DNA from: Agathobacter sp.
GTDB taxonomy: Bacteria; Bacillota; Clostridia; Lachnospirales; Lachnospiraceae
Reading direction: 5' to 3'
Length of the DNA stretch: 62,056 nucleotides
Assembly (NCBI GenBank): GCA_045120755.1
Contig: JBGVFC010000072.1
Span: 1 to 62,056, forward strand
Position numbers and translations under genes: made by a program. Every line of letters begins with the position of its first letter. Within the stretch, counting starts at the first letter, position 1. Positions 8,534-18,756 of this stretch are shown in pieces. A model generated the notes under the pieces. It searched no databases, was not told the origin of the DNA, and worked only from the letters and a program-made list of their open reading frames with translations.

Positions 8534-10585
8534 ATGGAATATCAGGCAAAATTATCAGAGACAAATGCGTGGTTTCGTGAGCGCTGTGATTTAGTGATGG
8601 AGCGCTTGGAGGAAATTGCAGGAGCGTCCGTATATGGTGGAGAGCTCGATGCTTATTTTTCAGAGGTGTCAAAGTATCTGCTTCTTCAGAAGAAGGTCGT
8701 AGACCTCGCGGAAAGCGGACAGCTTGCAGCTTACTCCGGGGAAGAGGGCAAGGCGCTGAATGATGCACTTTATGCCCGTTTTGCAGAAGGGGCATATGAG
8801 AGCAGCTTTGCGAATCCTGCATATGCCGTAAAAATGCTTGGAGAGCAGACGGGTACTCTGTATGCGGCGCTCTATTCCCGGATTGAGAAGAATAACATCT
8901 ACGCGTTTGAGGGCAATCTGCAGTACGCATGTATCTATGCGGAGCTGCTTGTGGAATTATATAATTGTTACGCGGATGCCGATGAAGGCAGAGGCGTTGA
9001 TTATGCATATGCAGATAAATTGGTGAAGGACTGCGTTGTTTCCTTTATGCACGATTATTCGGAGGTGTTTAACGAGGAGCGGATTGCGCGCCTGTTTGAT
9101 GCAGGGTATGATTACGATATGCAGCTTCTGATGGATTCGGATTTGCAGGATGCAGCATTTTTGTATCGTTATGGACTTTATGTGGGTGAGAATGAGATTA
9201 AGAGTCTGTCATATCTGAATACTTTTTCCGATGAACAGATTCAGGCGATGGCGGATACCTACACAGAGGGTTACCGGATTGGATTTGAGGTGGCGGGCAA
9301 GAATCTTGCGAAGAAGACAACCGCGGAGCTTCGCTATCCGTTAGGCTTTGAGCGGATGGTACGCAAAGCAGTGGAGAATTTTGGCAGGATGAATTTAAAA
9401 TGTGTGCTCAAGCCTTTTTCCACTTCCGTGAACAAGCAGTACGATTTCGACCACAAGGAGGATGAGGCTCTCTGGCTGGACAAAGCCTATGTGGAGCGGA
9501 GTCTGGAGTGCTACCGGTATTCCTTTGAACAGCATAAGGAGATTGCTGCGGGCTATGCAGGCCCGGCAGTGATTGAGGTGTTTGGAGAGGCTCCGTTTTC
9601 TCCGGTGACCAAAAAAGAGAACGCCCATTATTCCGAAAAACAGCAGCCGCTTTGTGTGGATCAGCAGAGCCGCTTTTCACAGCTTTTGAATCAGTACATT
9701 CATGGGGAAGAGCGAAGCTTTACGATTATTGCGTATCCGGTGCCGGAGATTGGCAGACAGTACGAAGATATTTTTGCAGAGACGGTTCGGATTAATACGC
9801 TGGACTATGTGCTCTACCGTGACATGCAGCAGAAAATCATCGATGTCTTGGATACGGCGGAGCGGGTGCATATTACAGGAGCTAACGGCAATAAGACCGA
9901 TTTGTATGTGCAGATTCACAAGCTCGCGAATCCGGATAAGGAGACCGCGTTTGAGAATTGTGTTGCGGATGTGAATATTCCGGTGGGTGAAGTGTTTACT
10001 TCCCCGGTTCTTGCTGGGACGAACGGCAAGCTGTTTGTCAGTCAGGTTTATCTGAACGGCCTCAATTATGAAAACCTCGAAATTGATTTTGCGGATGGAA
10101 TGATTCAGAATTATACCTGTACGAATTTTGAGAACGAAGAAGAGAATCGGGCATATATCGCAGACAATGTTCTGATGCATCATGCCACGCTTCCGATGGG
10201 AGAGTTTGCAATCGGAACGAATACAACCGCGTACCGGATGGCACGGACATATGGTATTGCAGATAAACTTCCGATTCTGATTGCGGAGAAGACCGGTCCG
10301 CATTTTGCAGTGGGGGATACCTGCTATACCTATGATGAAGATAATATGACCTACAATCCGGATGGCAAGGCGATTGTTGCAAGGGACAATGAGCGCTCCA
10401 TTCTTCGCAAAGAGGATATTTCCAAGGCGTATTTTAATTGTCATACCGATATTACGATTCCGTATGATGAACTCGGTGCAATTACCGTGCTTCGTGCGGA
10501 TGGAACAAAAGAGGATATTATCCGTGACGGAAGATTTGTTGTGCCGGGAACGGAACTGTTGAATCAACCGTTGGATGAAAAATAG
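8534..10585 (+). CDS. M29-family (thermophilic metalloprotease-type) aminopeptidase with long N-terminal region
   Basis: NIPVGEVFTSP, GEFAIG, EK..PHFAVG and HTD metal-ligand motifs in the C-terminal half. Confidence 0.85.
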   Translation: MEYQAKLSETNAWFRERCDLVMERLEEIAGASVYGGELDAYFSEVSKYLLLQKKVVDLAESGQLAAYSGEEGKALNDALYARFAEGAYESSFANPAYAVKMLGEQTGTLYAALYSRIEKNNIYAFEGNLQYACIYAELLVELYNCYADADEGRGVDYAYADKLVKDCVVSFMHDYSEVFNEERIARLFDAGYDYDMQLLMDSDLQDAAFLYRYGLYVGENEIKSLSYLNTFSDEQIQAMADTYTEGYRIGFEVAGKNLAKKTTAELRYPLGFERMVRKAVENFGRMNLKCVLKPFSTSVNKQYDFDHKEDEALWLDKAYVERSLECYRYSFEQHKEIAAGYAGPAVIEVFGEAPFSPVTKKENAHYSEKQQPLCVDQQSRFSQLLNQYIHGEERSFTIIAYPVPEIGRQYEDIFAETVRINTLDYVLYRDMQQKIIDVLDTAERVHITGANGNKTDLYVQIHKLANPDKETAFENCVADVNIPVGEVFTSPVLAGTNGKLFVSQVYLNGLNYENLEIDFADGMIQNYTCTNFENEEENRAYIADNVLMHHATLPMGEFAIGTNTTAYRMARTYGIADKLPILIAEKTGPHFAVGDTCYTYDEDNMTYNPDGKAIVARDNERSILRKEDISKAYFNCHTDITIPYDELGAITVLRADGTKEDIIRDGRFVVPGTELLNQPLDEK

Positions 10586-10605
10586 AAAAACAGGAGGATG
10601 TAAAA

Positions 10606-11106
10606 ATGGCACAGGTAGGTATTGTAATGGGCAGCGATTCAGATATGCCGGTTATGGCGAAGGCTGCGGATATCTTAGAACAGTTGGGGGTAAGCTACGA
10701 GATGACGATTATTTCGGCACATCGGGAGCCGGATGTATTTTTCGAGTATGCTAAAACCGCAGAGGAAAAGGGCTTTAAAGTAATCATTGCAGGAGCAGGT
10801 ATGGCTGCTCATCTTCCGGGAATGTGCGCAGCAATTTTCCCGATGCCGGTCATCGGAATCCCAATGCACACCACATCACTGGGAGGACGCGATTCCCTGT
10901 ACAGCATTGTACAGATGCCGACCGGTATTCCGGTTGCAACCGTGGCAATCAACGGCGGAGCCAATGCGGGTATTCTTGCTGCCAGGATTCTTGCGACCTC
11001 TGATGCAGAACTGCTTCAGAGATTGAAGGATTATTCCAAAAATCTGAAGGAGCAGGTTGTTGCCAAGGATGCCAGACTTCAGGAAGTGGGATACAAAAAT
11101 TATTAA
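10606..11106 (+). CDS. purE: N5-carboxyaminoimidazole ribonucleotide mutase
   Basis: MGSDSD, SAHR, AGAG.AAHLPG and SIVQMP.G.PVATV motifs. Confidence 0.97.
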   Translation: MAQVGIVMGSDSDMPVMAKAADILEQLGVSYEMTIISAHREPDVFFEYAKTAEEKGFKVIIAGAGMAAHLPGMCAAIFPMPVIGIPMHTTSLGGRDSLYSIVQMPTGIPVATVAINGGANAGILAARILATSDAELLQRLKDYSKNLKEQVVAKDARLQEVGYKNY

Positions 11107-11309
11107 AAAGTAACAGTTATGAATGGGGCTGTCGCACGAGAATTGACAAAGCGACAGCCTCAAAGAATGTTTATAAGAAAAAATAAATAAAAAGAAGAAT
11201 ATATTAGGAAAACTAATAAATAAAATCAGAATATATAATTGGAAAAACACAGGCTGTGAAGTTATACTAGAGAAGAAATATGACATAAGCGTAAGAGGAG
11301 GAAAAATCA

Positions 11310-12335
11310 ATGGATTACAAGTCATCAGGTGTAGATATTGAAGCAGGATACAAATCAGTAGAATTAATGAAGGCTGCGGTTAAGGGAACGATGCGCCCGG
11401 AGGTTCTCGGAGGTCTGGGAGGTTTTTCCGGAGCATTTTCCATGGCAGCGATCAAGGACATGGAGGAGCCTGTTTTATTATCCGGTACAGATGGTTGTGG
11501 AACAAAGGTCAAGCTGGCATTTATCATGGACAAGCATGATACCATCGGAATTGACGCGGTTGCAATGTGTGTCAATGATGTTGCCTGTGCCGGAGGAGAG
11601 CCATTATTTTTCCTGGATTATATTGCATGTGGCAAGAACTATCCGGAGAAGATTGCCACCATCGTTGGCGGTGTCGCAGAGGGCTGTAAGCAGTCGGAGT
11701 GTGCTCTGATTGGAGGAGAGACTGCAGAGCATCCGGGACTGATGCCGGAGGATGAATATGATCTGGCAGGATTTGCAGTAGGCGTGGTTGACAAGAAGGA
11801 CATCATCACCGGAGAGAATTTAAAGGATGGAGATGTATTGATCGGTATGGCATCTTCCGGAGTACATTCCAACGGATTCTCACTCGTCCGCAAGATTTTT
11901 AGCATGGACAAGGAAACCTTAAATACCTACCATGAGGAGCTTGGAACCACACTGGGAGAAGCTCTTTTGGCACCTACCAGAATCTATGTTAAGGCGCTCA
12001 AGTCAGTGAAGGCAGCAGGTGTCCGCATTAAGGCGTGCAGCCATATCACCGGAGGCGGCTTCTATGAGAACATTCCGCGTATGCTTCCGGAGGGTAAGCG
12101 TGCGGTTGTTGAGAAGAACAGCTATCCGATTCCGCCAATCTTCACTATGATGGCACGCGAAGGCCAGGTAGAGGAGCAGATGATGTACAATACCTACAAT
12201 ATGGGACTTGGCATGATTGTTGCCGTTGATCCGGCGGATGTGGACAAGACCATGGAGGCAATGAAGGCTGCCGGAGATACACCGTATGTGGTTGGTAAGA
12301 TTATTGATGGACAGAAGGGTATTGATTTAGTATAA
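11310..12335 (+). CDS. purM: Phosphoribosylformylglycinamidine cyclo-ligase
   Basis: Y..SGVDI, TDG.GTK, GGETAE.PG, SSG.HSNG and HITGGG motifs. Confidence 0.97.
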   Translation: MDYKSSGVDIEAGYKSVELMKAAVKGTMRPEVLGGLGGFSGAFSMAAIKDMEEPVLLSGTDGCGTKVKLAFIMDKHDTIGIDAVAMCVNDVACAGGEPLFFLDYIACGKNYPEKIATIVGGVAEGCKQSECALIGGETAEHPGLMPEDEYDLAGFAVGVVDKKDIITGENLKDGDVLIGMASSGVHSNGFSLVRKIFSMDKETLNTYHEELGTTLGEALLAPTRIYVKALKSVKAAGVRIKACSHITGGGFYENIPRMLPEGKRAVVEKNSYPIPPIFTMMAREGQVEEQMMYNTYNMGLGMIVAVDPADVDKTMEAMKAAGDTPYVVGKIIDGQKGIDLV

Positions 12336-12392
12336 AGACGGACGAATAACCGGACTTTTGCGAGGCAGGTATGCCGCAGACGAGGAGGACAT

Positions 12393-13019
12393 ATGATAAA
12401 ACTTGCAGTGTGTGTGTCCGGAGGTGGAACCAATCTCCAGGCAATCATCGATGCGATAGAGAACGGAACGATTACCAATGCCAAGATTGAAGTGGTAATC
12501 AGCAATAATCCGAATGCCTATGCTTTGGAGCGCGCGAAACAGCACGGCATCCGGAGTGTGTGCATTTCCCCGAAAAACTATGAGAGCAGGGAAGCATTCA
12601 ATGAAGCATTTTTGGAAAAACTGGATTCTTATGCGGTAGATTTAGTGGTGCTGGCAGGTTTTCTGGTGGTCATTCCATCGAAGATGATTGCAAGATACCG
12701 CAACCGGATTATCAATATTCATCCATCCCTGATTCCGTCTTTTTGCGGCACCGGTTACTACGGTCTGAAGGTGCATGAGGGTGTTCTTGCAAGAGGCGTC
12801 AGGGTAACGGGCGCAACCGTTCATTTTGTGGACGAGGGAACCGATACCGGACCGATTATCCTGCAGAAGGCGGTTGAGGTACAGCAGGGTGATACACCGG
12901 AGGTGTTGCAGCGCCGGGTGATGGAGCAGGCAGAATGGGTAATTATGCCGAAGGCAATTGATCTGATTGCCAATGGAAAAGTATCTGTTGTCGATGGACA
13001 TGCAGTGATTGAAGAGTAA
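12393..13019 (+). CDS. purN: Phosphoribosylglycinamide formyltransferase
   Basis: SGGGTNLQA, INIHPSL.P and GATVHFVD...DTGPII motifs. Confidence 0.97.
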   Translation: MIKLAVCVSGGGTNLQAIIDAIENGTITNAKIEVVISNNPNAYALERAKQHGIRSVCISPKNYESREAFNEAFLEKLDSYAVDLVVLAGFLVVIPSKMIARYRNRIINIHPSLIPSFCGTGYYGLKVHEGVLARGVRVTGATVHFVDEGTDTGPIILQKAVEVQQGDTPEVLQRRVMEQAEWVIMPKAIDLIANGKVSVVDGHAVIEE

Positions 13020-13031
13020 ATACAGAAGAGA

Positions 13032-13140
13032 CCTTTTGTAAAAGAAGAGAATGAATTTGCTATTCTGATTGCAGACTTTCCAGCAATGTCTGCAACAGAA
13101 TATGCAAATTCATTCGTAAAATTTCAAATGCAAAAAGGGA
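13032..13140. repeat. Family-1 hairpin element, copy between purN and purD
   Basis: GAATGAATTTGC-TATTCTGATTGCAGAC ... GTCTGCAACAGAATATGCAAATTCATTC core, with the outer end TGCAAAAAGGGA. Confidence 0.8.
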
Positions 13141-13162
13141 TTAACACATCAGGAGGCAGAAC

Positions 13163-14437
13163 ATGAAAGTATTAGTAGTTGGAAGTGGCGGAAGAGAGCA
13201 TGCAATCGTAACGAGTGTTGCGAAAAGTCCGCGGGTAGACAAAATCTACTGTGCACCGGGCAATGCGGGAATTGCAGCGTTGGCAGAGTGCGTAGCAATC
13301 GGGGCAATGGAGTTTGACAAGCTGGTTGCATTTGCCAAGGAAAAGGAAATTGATTTTACCATCATCGGAATGGATGATCCGCTGGTAGGCGGAATCGTGG
13401 ATGTATTTGAGGCTGAGGGACTCAAAGTATTCGGTCCGCGCAAGAACGCAGCCATTCTCGAAGGCTCGAAGGCATTTTCCAAGGATTTGATGAAAAAATA
13501 CAATATTCCGACAGCCGCTTATGAGAATTTTACCGATCCTAAAGAGGCGCTTAAGTATCTTGAGACTGCAAAGATGCCGATTGTTCTGAAGGCAGACGGT
13601 CTGGCACTTGGCAAGGGCGTGCTTATCTGCAATACATTGGAAGAGGCAAAAGCAGGTGTCCGGGAAATCATGGAGGACAAGAAGTTCGGAACTGCGGGCA
13701 ATACGATGGTAATTGAGGAATTTATGACCGGCCGTGAGGTGTCCGTGCTTTCGTTTGTCGACGGCAAAACGATTCAGATTATGGATTCAGCACAGGACCA
13801 CAAGCGTGCAGGAGATGGAGACACCGGACTGAATACCGGCGGCATGGGCAATTTTTCGCCAAGTCCGTTCTATACGAAGGAGGTTGACGAATTCTGCCAG
13901 AAATATATCTTCCAGCCGACGGTGGATGCAATGGCTGCCGAAGGGCGTCCGTTTACCGGAGTCATCTTCTTTGGACTGATGCTCACAGAGGATGGCCCGA
14001 AGGTATTGGAGTACAATGCACGTTTTGGTGATCCGGAGGCGCAGGTAGTTCTTCCTCGTCTGAAAAATGACATTATCGATGTAATGGAAGCATGCGTAGA
14101 GGGCAGACTGGACACACTAAAATTAGAATTTGAGGACCGCGCAACGGTATGTGTCGTACTGGCATCCGATGGATATCCGGTTTCCTATGAGAAGGGATTT
14201 CCAATCAAAGGCCTTGAGAAGTTCGAAGGTAAGGATGATTATTACTGCTTCCATGCGGGAACCAAATTTGACGAGAACGGCGTGATCGTTACCAACGGAG
14301 GCCGTGTGCTGGGTATCACCGCAACCGGCAAAGATTTAAAGGAAGCGCGTGCAAAGGCATACGAAGCAACCGAATGGGTTGAATTTGACAACAAATATAT
14401 GCGCCACGATATCGGCAAGGCGATTGATGAGGCATAG
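13163..14437 (+). CDS. purD: Phosphoribosylamine-glycine ligase
   Basis: GSGGREHA, LEGSK.F.K, KADGLA.GKGV, QDHKR...GD.G.NTGGMG and E.N.RFGDPE motifs. Confidence 0.97.
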   Translation: MKVLVVGSGGREHAIVTSVAKSPRVDKIYCAPGNAGIAALAECVAIGAMEFDKLVAFAKEKEIDFTIIGMDDPLVGGIVDVFEAEGLKVFGPRKNAAILEGSKAFSKDLMKKYNIPTAAYENFTDPKEALKYLETAKMPIVLKADGLALGKGVLICNTLEEAKAGVREIMEDKKFGTAGNTMVIEEFMTGREVSVLSFVDGKTIQIMDSAQDHKRAGDGDTGLNTGGMGNFSPSPFYTKEVDEFCQKYIFQPTVDAMAAEGRPFTGVIFFGLMLTEDGPKVLEYNARFGDPEAQVVLPRLKNDIIDVMEACVEGRLDTLKLEFEDRATVCVVLASDGYPVSYEKGFPIKGLEKFEGKDDYYCFHAGTKFDENGVIVTNGGRVLGITATGKDLKEARAKAYEATEWVEFDNKYMRHDIGKAIDEA

Positions 14438-14467
14438 AAAAACTGTATAAAAAAGGAGTTTTGAGTT

Positions 14468-15832
14468 ATGTTGGAAAAAATATTTAAGCTCAAAGAAAAC
14501 AACACGAATGTCAGAACAGAAGTGATTGGCGGAATTACAACATTTATGACAATGGCGTATATTCTTGCAGTCAATCCGTCCATTCTCTCTGCTTCCGGCA
14601 TGGATTCGCAGGCAGTTTTGATGGCGACAGCATTGGCAGCCTTTATCGGAACACTGTGCATGGCATTCATGGCAAACTATCCGTTCGCACTGGCTCCGGG
14701 ACTGGGGCTGAACGCATATTTCGCTTACACGGTATGCGGCGAGATGGGATATTCCTGGCAGTTTGCGCTGCTTGCGGTATTTATCGAGGGAATTATTTTT
14801 ATTGTACTTTCTCTCACAAAGGTTCGGGAAGCCATCTTTAATGCCATCCCTACCGCTTTGAAAAAGGGTGTTTCCGTGGGTATTGGTTTATTCATTGCAT
14901 TTATCGGACTGCAGAATGCGCACATCGTAGTGGACAGTGCAACTCTGGTTACCATCGTGGATTTTGCAAATCCGGATACCTTCCATACCATTGGAATCAG
15001 TGCTCTTTTGGCAGTAATCGGTGTTCTGATTATTGCAGTTCTGCACATCAAAAAAGTAAAAGGCGCCATCCTGATTGGTATTTTTGCCACATGGATTCTT
15101 GGAATCATCTGTCAGCTTACAGGTCTGTATGTAATAGATGCGGAAAATGGATTTTATTCCCTGATTCCGACCTGGGCAGATTTCAACCTTGGAGCAATCG
15201 GACTGACCTTCGGACAGTGTTTCTCACCGGAGGCTTTTGGAAATATCCGGATTCTGGATCTTATTATCATTATGTTCTCTTTCCTGTTTGTAGATATGTT
15301 TGATACACTGGGAACCTTAATCGGTGTTGCAAACAAGGCAGGCATGATTGATAAAGACGGCAAGCTGCCGCGCGTGAAGCAGGCATTGCTCGCAGATGCG
15401 GTTGCAACCTCTGCGGGAGCAATTCTTGGTACTTCCACCACCACAACATTCGTGGAAAGCTCATCCGGTGTATCCGAAGGAGCAAGAACAGGATTGGCTT
15501 CTGTGGTAACAGGTTTGTTATTCTTAGTTTCCATTTTCCTTGCACCGATTTTTATCACGATACCGGGCTTTGCGACAGCTCCGGCTCTGATTTTCGTAGG
15601 ATTCCTTATGATCAGTGCAGTTGTTGACATTGATTTCCACAATCTTACGGAAGCTATACCGGCATATCTGTGCCTGATTATTATGCCGCTTACTTACAGC
15701 ATTTCCGAGGGTATTGCGATTGGTGTAATCTCTTATGTAGTAATCAATCTGGTATCAGGAAAAGCAAAGAAGATACATCCGATCATGTATGTACTTGCAG
15801 TGCTGTTTGTCCTGAAATATATATTCTTATAA
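14468..15832 (+). CDS. NCS2/AzgA-family purine permease
   Basis: TTF.TMAYIL.VNP, APG.GLNAYF, DMFDT.GT and ESS.GV..GARTG motifs. Confidence 0.93.
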   Translation: MLEKIFKLKENNTNVRTEVIGGITTFMTMAYILAVNPSILSASGMDSQAVLMATALAAFIGTLCMAFMANYPFALAPGLGLNAYFAYTVCGEMGYSWQFALLAVFIEGIIFIVLSLTKVREAIFNAIPTALKKGVSVGIGLFIAFIGLQNAHIVVDSATLVTIVDFANPDTFHTIGISALLAVIGVLIIAVLHIKKVKGAILIGIFATWILGIICQLTGLYVIDAENGFYSLIPTWADFNLGAIGLTFGQCFSPEAFGNIRILDLIIIMFSFLFVDMFDTLGTLIGVANKAGMIDKDGKLPRVKQALLADAVATSAGAILGTSTTTTFVESSSGVSEGARTGLASVVTGLLFLVSIFLAPIFITIPGFATAPALIFVGFLMISAVVDIDFHNLTEAIPAYLCLIIMPLTYSISEGIAIGVISYVVINLVSGKAKKIHPIMYVLAVLFVLKYIFL

Positions 15833-15833
15833 A

Positions 15834-15883
15834 GTAACTATTCAGAACCCCATAGAATAAGGTGGGAGGGTATGAACAGTTAC
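15834..15883. repeat. Family-2 GTAAC element (short copy)
   Basis: GTAACTATTCA ... TGAACAGTTAC ends, starting 1 nt after the permease stop. Confidence 0.65.
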
Positions 15884-15912
15884 CCTATAAAATGAAATAT
15901 GCAAACAAGAAG

Positions 15913-15948
15913 AAAAGCCGTGACCGCGTTGTTTGGTCGCGGTTTTTT
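15913..15948 (+). terminator. Terminator after the purine cluster
   Basis: GCCGTGACC / GGTCGCGGT stem followed by a T tract. Confidence 0.75.
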
Positions 15949-16064
15949 CCATTTATATACAAAAAGGCGAAAAAATTTTCCGTAGAATAGTAGTGATAAA
16001 TATAGTATAATGACCGAAGATTTACTTCTTGAACAAATAGGATACGAAAATTACGGAGGATGAG

Positions 16065-16931
16065 ATGGAATACTTAATTATTATGGATGTATCTGGCGAT
16101 ATAGATGCCAAGGTGGCAGAGGAGAACGATATTAAGTTTGTCCCGATGGAATATTCTCTCGGTGAAGAGATGCGTGTCAGCAAGGGCATTGAGCCGGCTG
16201 ATATTATGAAGGCTTTTTATGACGGACAGCGCAACGGTGATTTGACAAAGACCTCACAGATTTCTCCGTATATGTATGAGCAGTATATGGAGCCGTATTT
16301 TGAGCAGGGTTATTCCGTATTGTATTTGTGCCTGTCAAGCGGATTGTCTTCCACATTCCAGTCCGCATGTATGGCAAGGGAAGCACTGAAGGAGCGCTAT
16401 CCGGAACAGGATTTTTATCCGGTAGATTCTCTGGCTGCAACCGGTGGTATGGGTGTACTTTTGGAGCGCGCCATCCGCAACCGTGCGGCAGGAATGAGCA
16501 TTAAGGAGAATTACGAGGATATTGTAGCTTCGACCAAGAAAATTCATCTGTGGTTTCTGGTGCAGGATTTGATGTATTTAAAGCGTGGCGGTCGTGTCAG
16601 CGCAACAACAGCAGTGCTTGGGTCTGCACTCAATGTGAAGCCGATTCTTAAGGTCGATGAGCAGGGAAAGCTGGTTACCATTGCCAAGAAGCGCGGCAAT
16701 AAGGCGGCAGCGGCGGAAGTGTATGCATGCTTTAAAGAATATTATGATGAGAATTCCGGCGATGTGATTTATGTTGTGGATGCAGATGATGCGGAGCTTG
16801 GCGATATCTTAAAGGACAAGATTCTTGCGGATTATCCGAATGCAACGGTTCGTCGTTGTACCCTGTCCCCGATTATCGGTGCTCATACCGGTCCGGGAAT
16901 GGCGGCAATCTGCCATATGGGGACGCACTAA
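16065..16931 (+). CDS. DegV-family fatty-acid-binding protein
   Basis: KTSQ.SP, LSSGLS.T..SA, L.YL.RGGR, L.VKP.L and IGAH.GPG motifs. Confidence 0.93.
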   Translation: MEYLIIMDVSGDIDAKVAEENDIKFVPMEYSLGEEMRVSKGIEPADIMKAFYDGQRNGDLTKTSQISPYMYEQYMEPYFEQGYSVLYLCLSSGLSSTFQSACMAREALKERYPEQDFYPVDSLAATGGMGVLLERAIRNRAAGMSIKENYEDIVASTKKIHLWFLVQDLMYLKRGGRVSATTAVLGSALNVKPILKVDEQGKLVTIAKKRGNKAAAAEVYACFKEYYDENSGDVIYVVDADDAELGDILKDKILADYPNATVRRCTLSPIIGAHTGPGMAAICHMGTH

Positions 16932-16953
16932 AACACAGTGTATAAAGGAAGAT

Positions 16954-17003
16954 AAAAGAGGGACTGTACACGAAGCTATAAATTTTCGTGCACAGTCCTT
17001 TTT
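16954..17003. terminator. Bidirectional terminator
   Basis: GGACTGTACACGAA ... TTCGTGCACAGTCC with A and T tails. Confidence 0.75.
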
Positions 17004-17014
17004 GGTGTGTTTCT

Positions 17015-18538
17015 TTACCTTACAGCGGCTGTTGCATAGTCATGTGGTTTTCCATGGAACCTGCGTAGGCGTGATGCTGCGTGTGCCCTTGCATGTCTTT
17101 TTTCCATACACAGGACTGCGTCATGACCGCTGCGGGCAGCGATGGGGAGACCGCCGGGAGCGCGAAGCCACTGTGTTGCGAGGAATACATTGTCGAGTCC
17201 GGCAATGCGGTTGCTCAGCTTGCGTGGATAATAGTTGGAAGGAAGCGCAAAACTCATAAAGGAGCCCATCTCCGAGTTGACATAGCGCTGATAGGTGGCG
17301 GGAGTCCACATATCGATGAAATTCAGGCTTTCAGAGAGGGCAGGAAATTTTTGGCAGATGATATCTGCGATGGTCTTTTGAAGCTCCTGTTTTTTTGCTT
17401 TGTAGGCCTTCCGGTTGGTTTTCCGCAGATGAATAAAATATTGCGCATCCGGTTCATAGCACAGAATCATCGCCTGAATCAATTGTTTTCCTTCGGGCGA
17501 AAAATCCGGCTCGTGGGAAAATTCCCGCAGGACAATCTGTGAGGCGTGCAGCTTCTGACGGTATTCCGGAGGAACGTCGAGGAAAAATCCGCCGCGAAAT
17601 GGCAGCTTGTCCGAATCGCAGGAGAAGGCACAGTGGTAGCTGGAAAAACGAAGCAGGCGGGGATCCTGATATTCGCGTGCGAGGGCGGACGGCATCGGCC
17701 GCTCAAGCAAAGAGCCAAAGACCATGCGCGGGTCCAAAGTCAGAATGACATCATCCGCCGGCAGGGTGCTTCCGTCGGTGAAGGTTACGGATTTCGCAAC
17801 TGAACCGGAGAGATTGACTTTTTGGGCGGTTTTCCGGAAGAGGATGGTTCCACCTTCGGATAAAAAGGTCTGCTTCATGCGCTGAGCCATGGCGAAAGAG
17901 CTTCCCGCAGGAATGCCTCCGTTATCGCCGCAGAAGGTGGCGAACACGAGGATGAGCGCGAGGGAGGAAAAACGGTCCTGCATCAGCGCCAGAATAAATT
18001 TCCGCAGCAGCGGATGGGAAAAACGGTCTGCAAGCTCGCCGGTATTCATACGATAGTATGAGACAAGGTGTGGCATGGAAAGGATATCCGAGGCGTGGGA
18101 GATATGCTTATTGTGGCTGCGGCCGGCTATTCCGAGGTAGCCCTGCATCAGATGGACCGCCCGCGCGAGGGAGCGGATTGACCGGCGGTCAATGGGAGAG
18201 ATTTCCAGCATCTCGCGAATCGTATGATGAAAATTGCGGTACAGGGTGAGTGTTTTTCCGTGATACTCGCAGGTAAACAGGGAATGTGGCTGATAGATTC
18301 GGACATTGCCGAGTGCACCGAGCTCCTTCCACATCCGGTAACCCGGTGTCGCAGGATTGGTTCCGGTAAGCCAGTGAATGCAGTTGTCAATGTGATAATC
18401 GCCCCTCTGCCAGCCGGTCAGATTGCCTCCGGCGACCGCATTTTTTTCGCAGATGGTAACGTGATGCCCGTTTCTTTGGGCATATATTCCGGCGGAGAGT
18501 CCGGCAACCCCGCCGCCGATAATCAATACATTTGCCAT
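17015..18538 (-). CDS. FAD-dependent oxidoreductase, phytoene desaturase-like
   Basis: IIGGGVAGLSA, EKN...GG, D.C.HWL.G, TP.TY.RY and C-terminal QWL..PGGLP motifs. Confidence 0.85.
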   Translation of the reverse strand: MANVLIIGGGVAGLSAGIYAQRNGHHVTICEKNAVAGGNLTGWQRGDYHIDNCIHWLTGTNPATPGYRMWKELGALGNVRIYQPHSLFTCEYHGKTLTLYRNFHHTIREMLEISPIDRRSIRSLARAVHLMQGYLGIAGRSHNKHISHASDILSMPHLVSYYRMNTGELADRFSHPLLRKFILALMQDRFSSLALILVFATFCGDNGGIPAGSSFAMAQRMKQTFLSEGGTILFRKTAQKVNLSGSVAKSVTFTDGSTLPADDVILTLDPRMVFGSLLERPMPSALAREYQDPRLLRFSSYHCAFSCDSDKLPFRGGFFLDVPPEYRQKLHASQIVLREFSHEPDFSPEGKQLIQAMILCYEPDAQYFIHLRKTNRKAYKAKKQELQKTIADIICQKFPALSESLNFIDMWTPATYQRYVNSEMGSFMSFALPSNYYPRKLSNRIAGLDNVFLATQWLRAPGGLPIAARSGHDAVLCMEKRHARAHAASRLRRFHGKPHDYATAAVR

Positions 18539-18756
18539 AAAGGTACTCCTTTGTTATTTTTGTGAGTTGGAAATAGCATTCCCAATTACAGAGAAAGTAA
18601 ACGCACGGAGAAAGATGAAAAAAAGTGATTTTAAAGTTGAAAACTTCTCACAATTTCACTTTACATTTGATGTTTTCGAATTATAATAAACATGTTGGAG
18701 AAATTTCACAGCCTTTCCTTATTTTGGAAGGCGATGATTAGAAGGAGATTCGTAAG

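Noticed and set aside
9677-10612. 311-aa antisense ORF over the aminopeptidase, and similar shadows at 22926-23636, 25237-26259, 27192-27911 and 47385-48038
   Set aside because: Same in-register shadow effect opposite well-supported genes.
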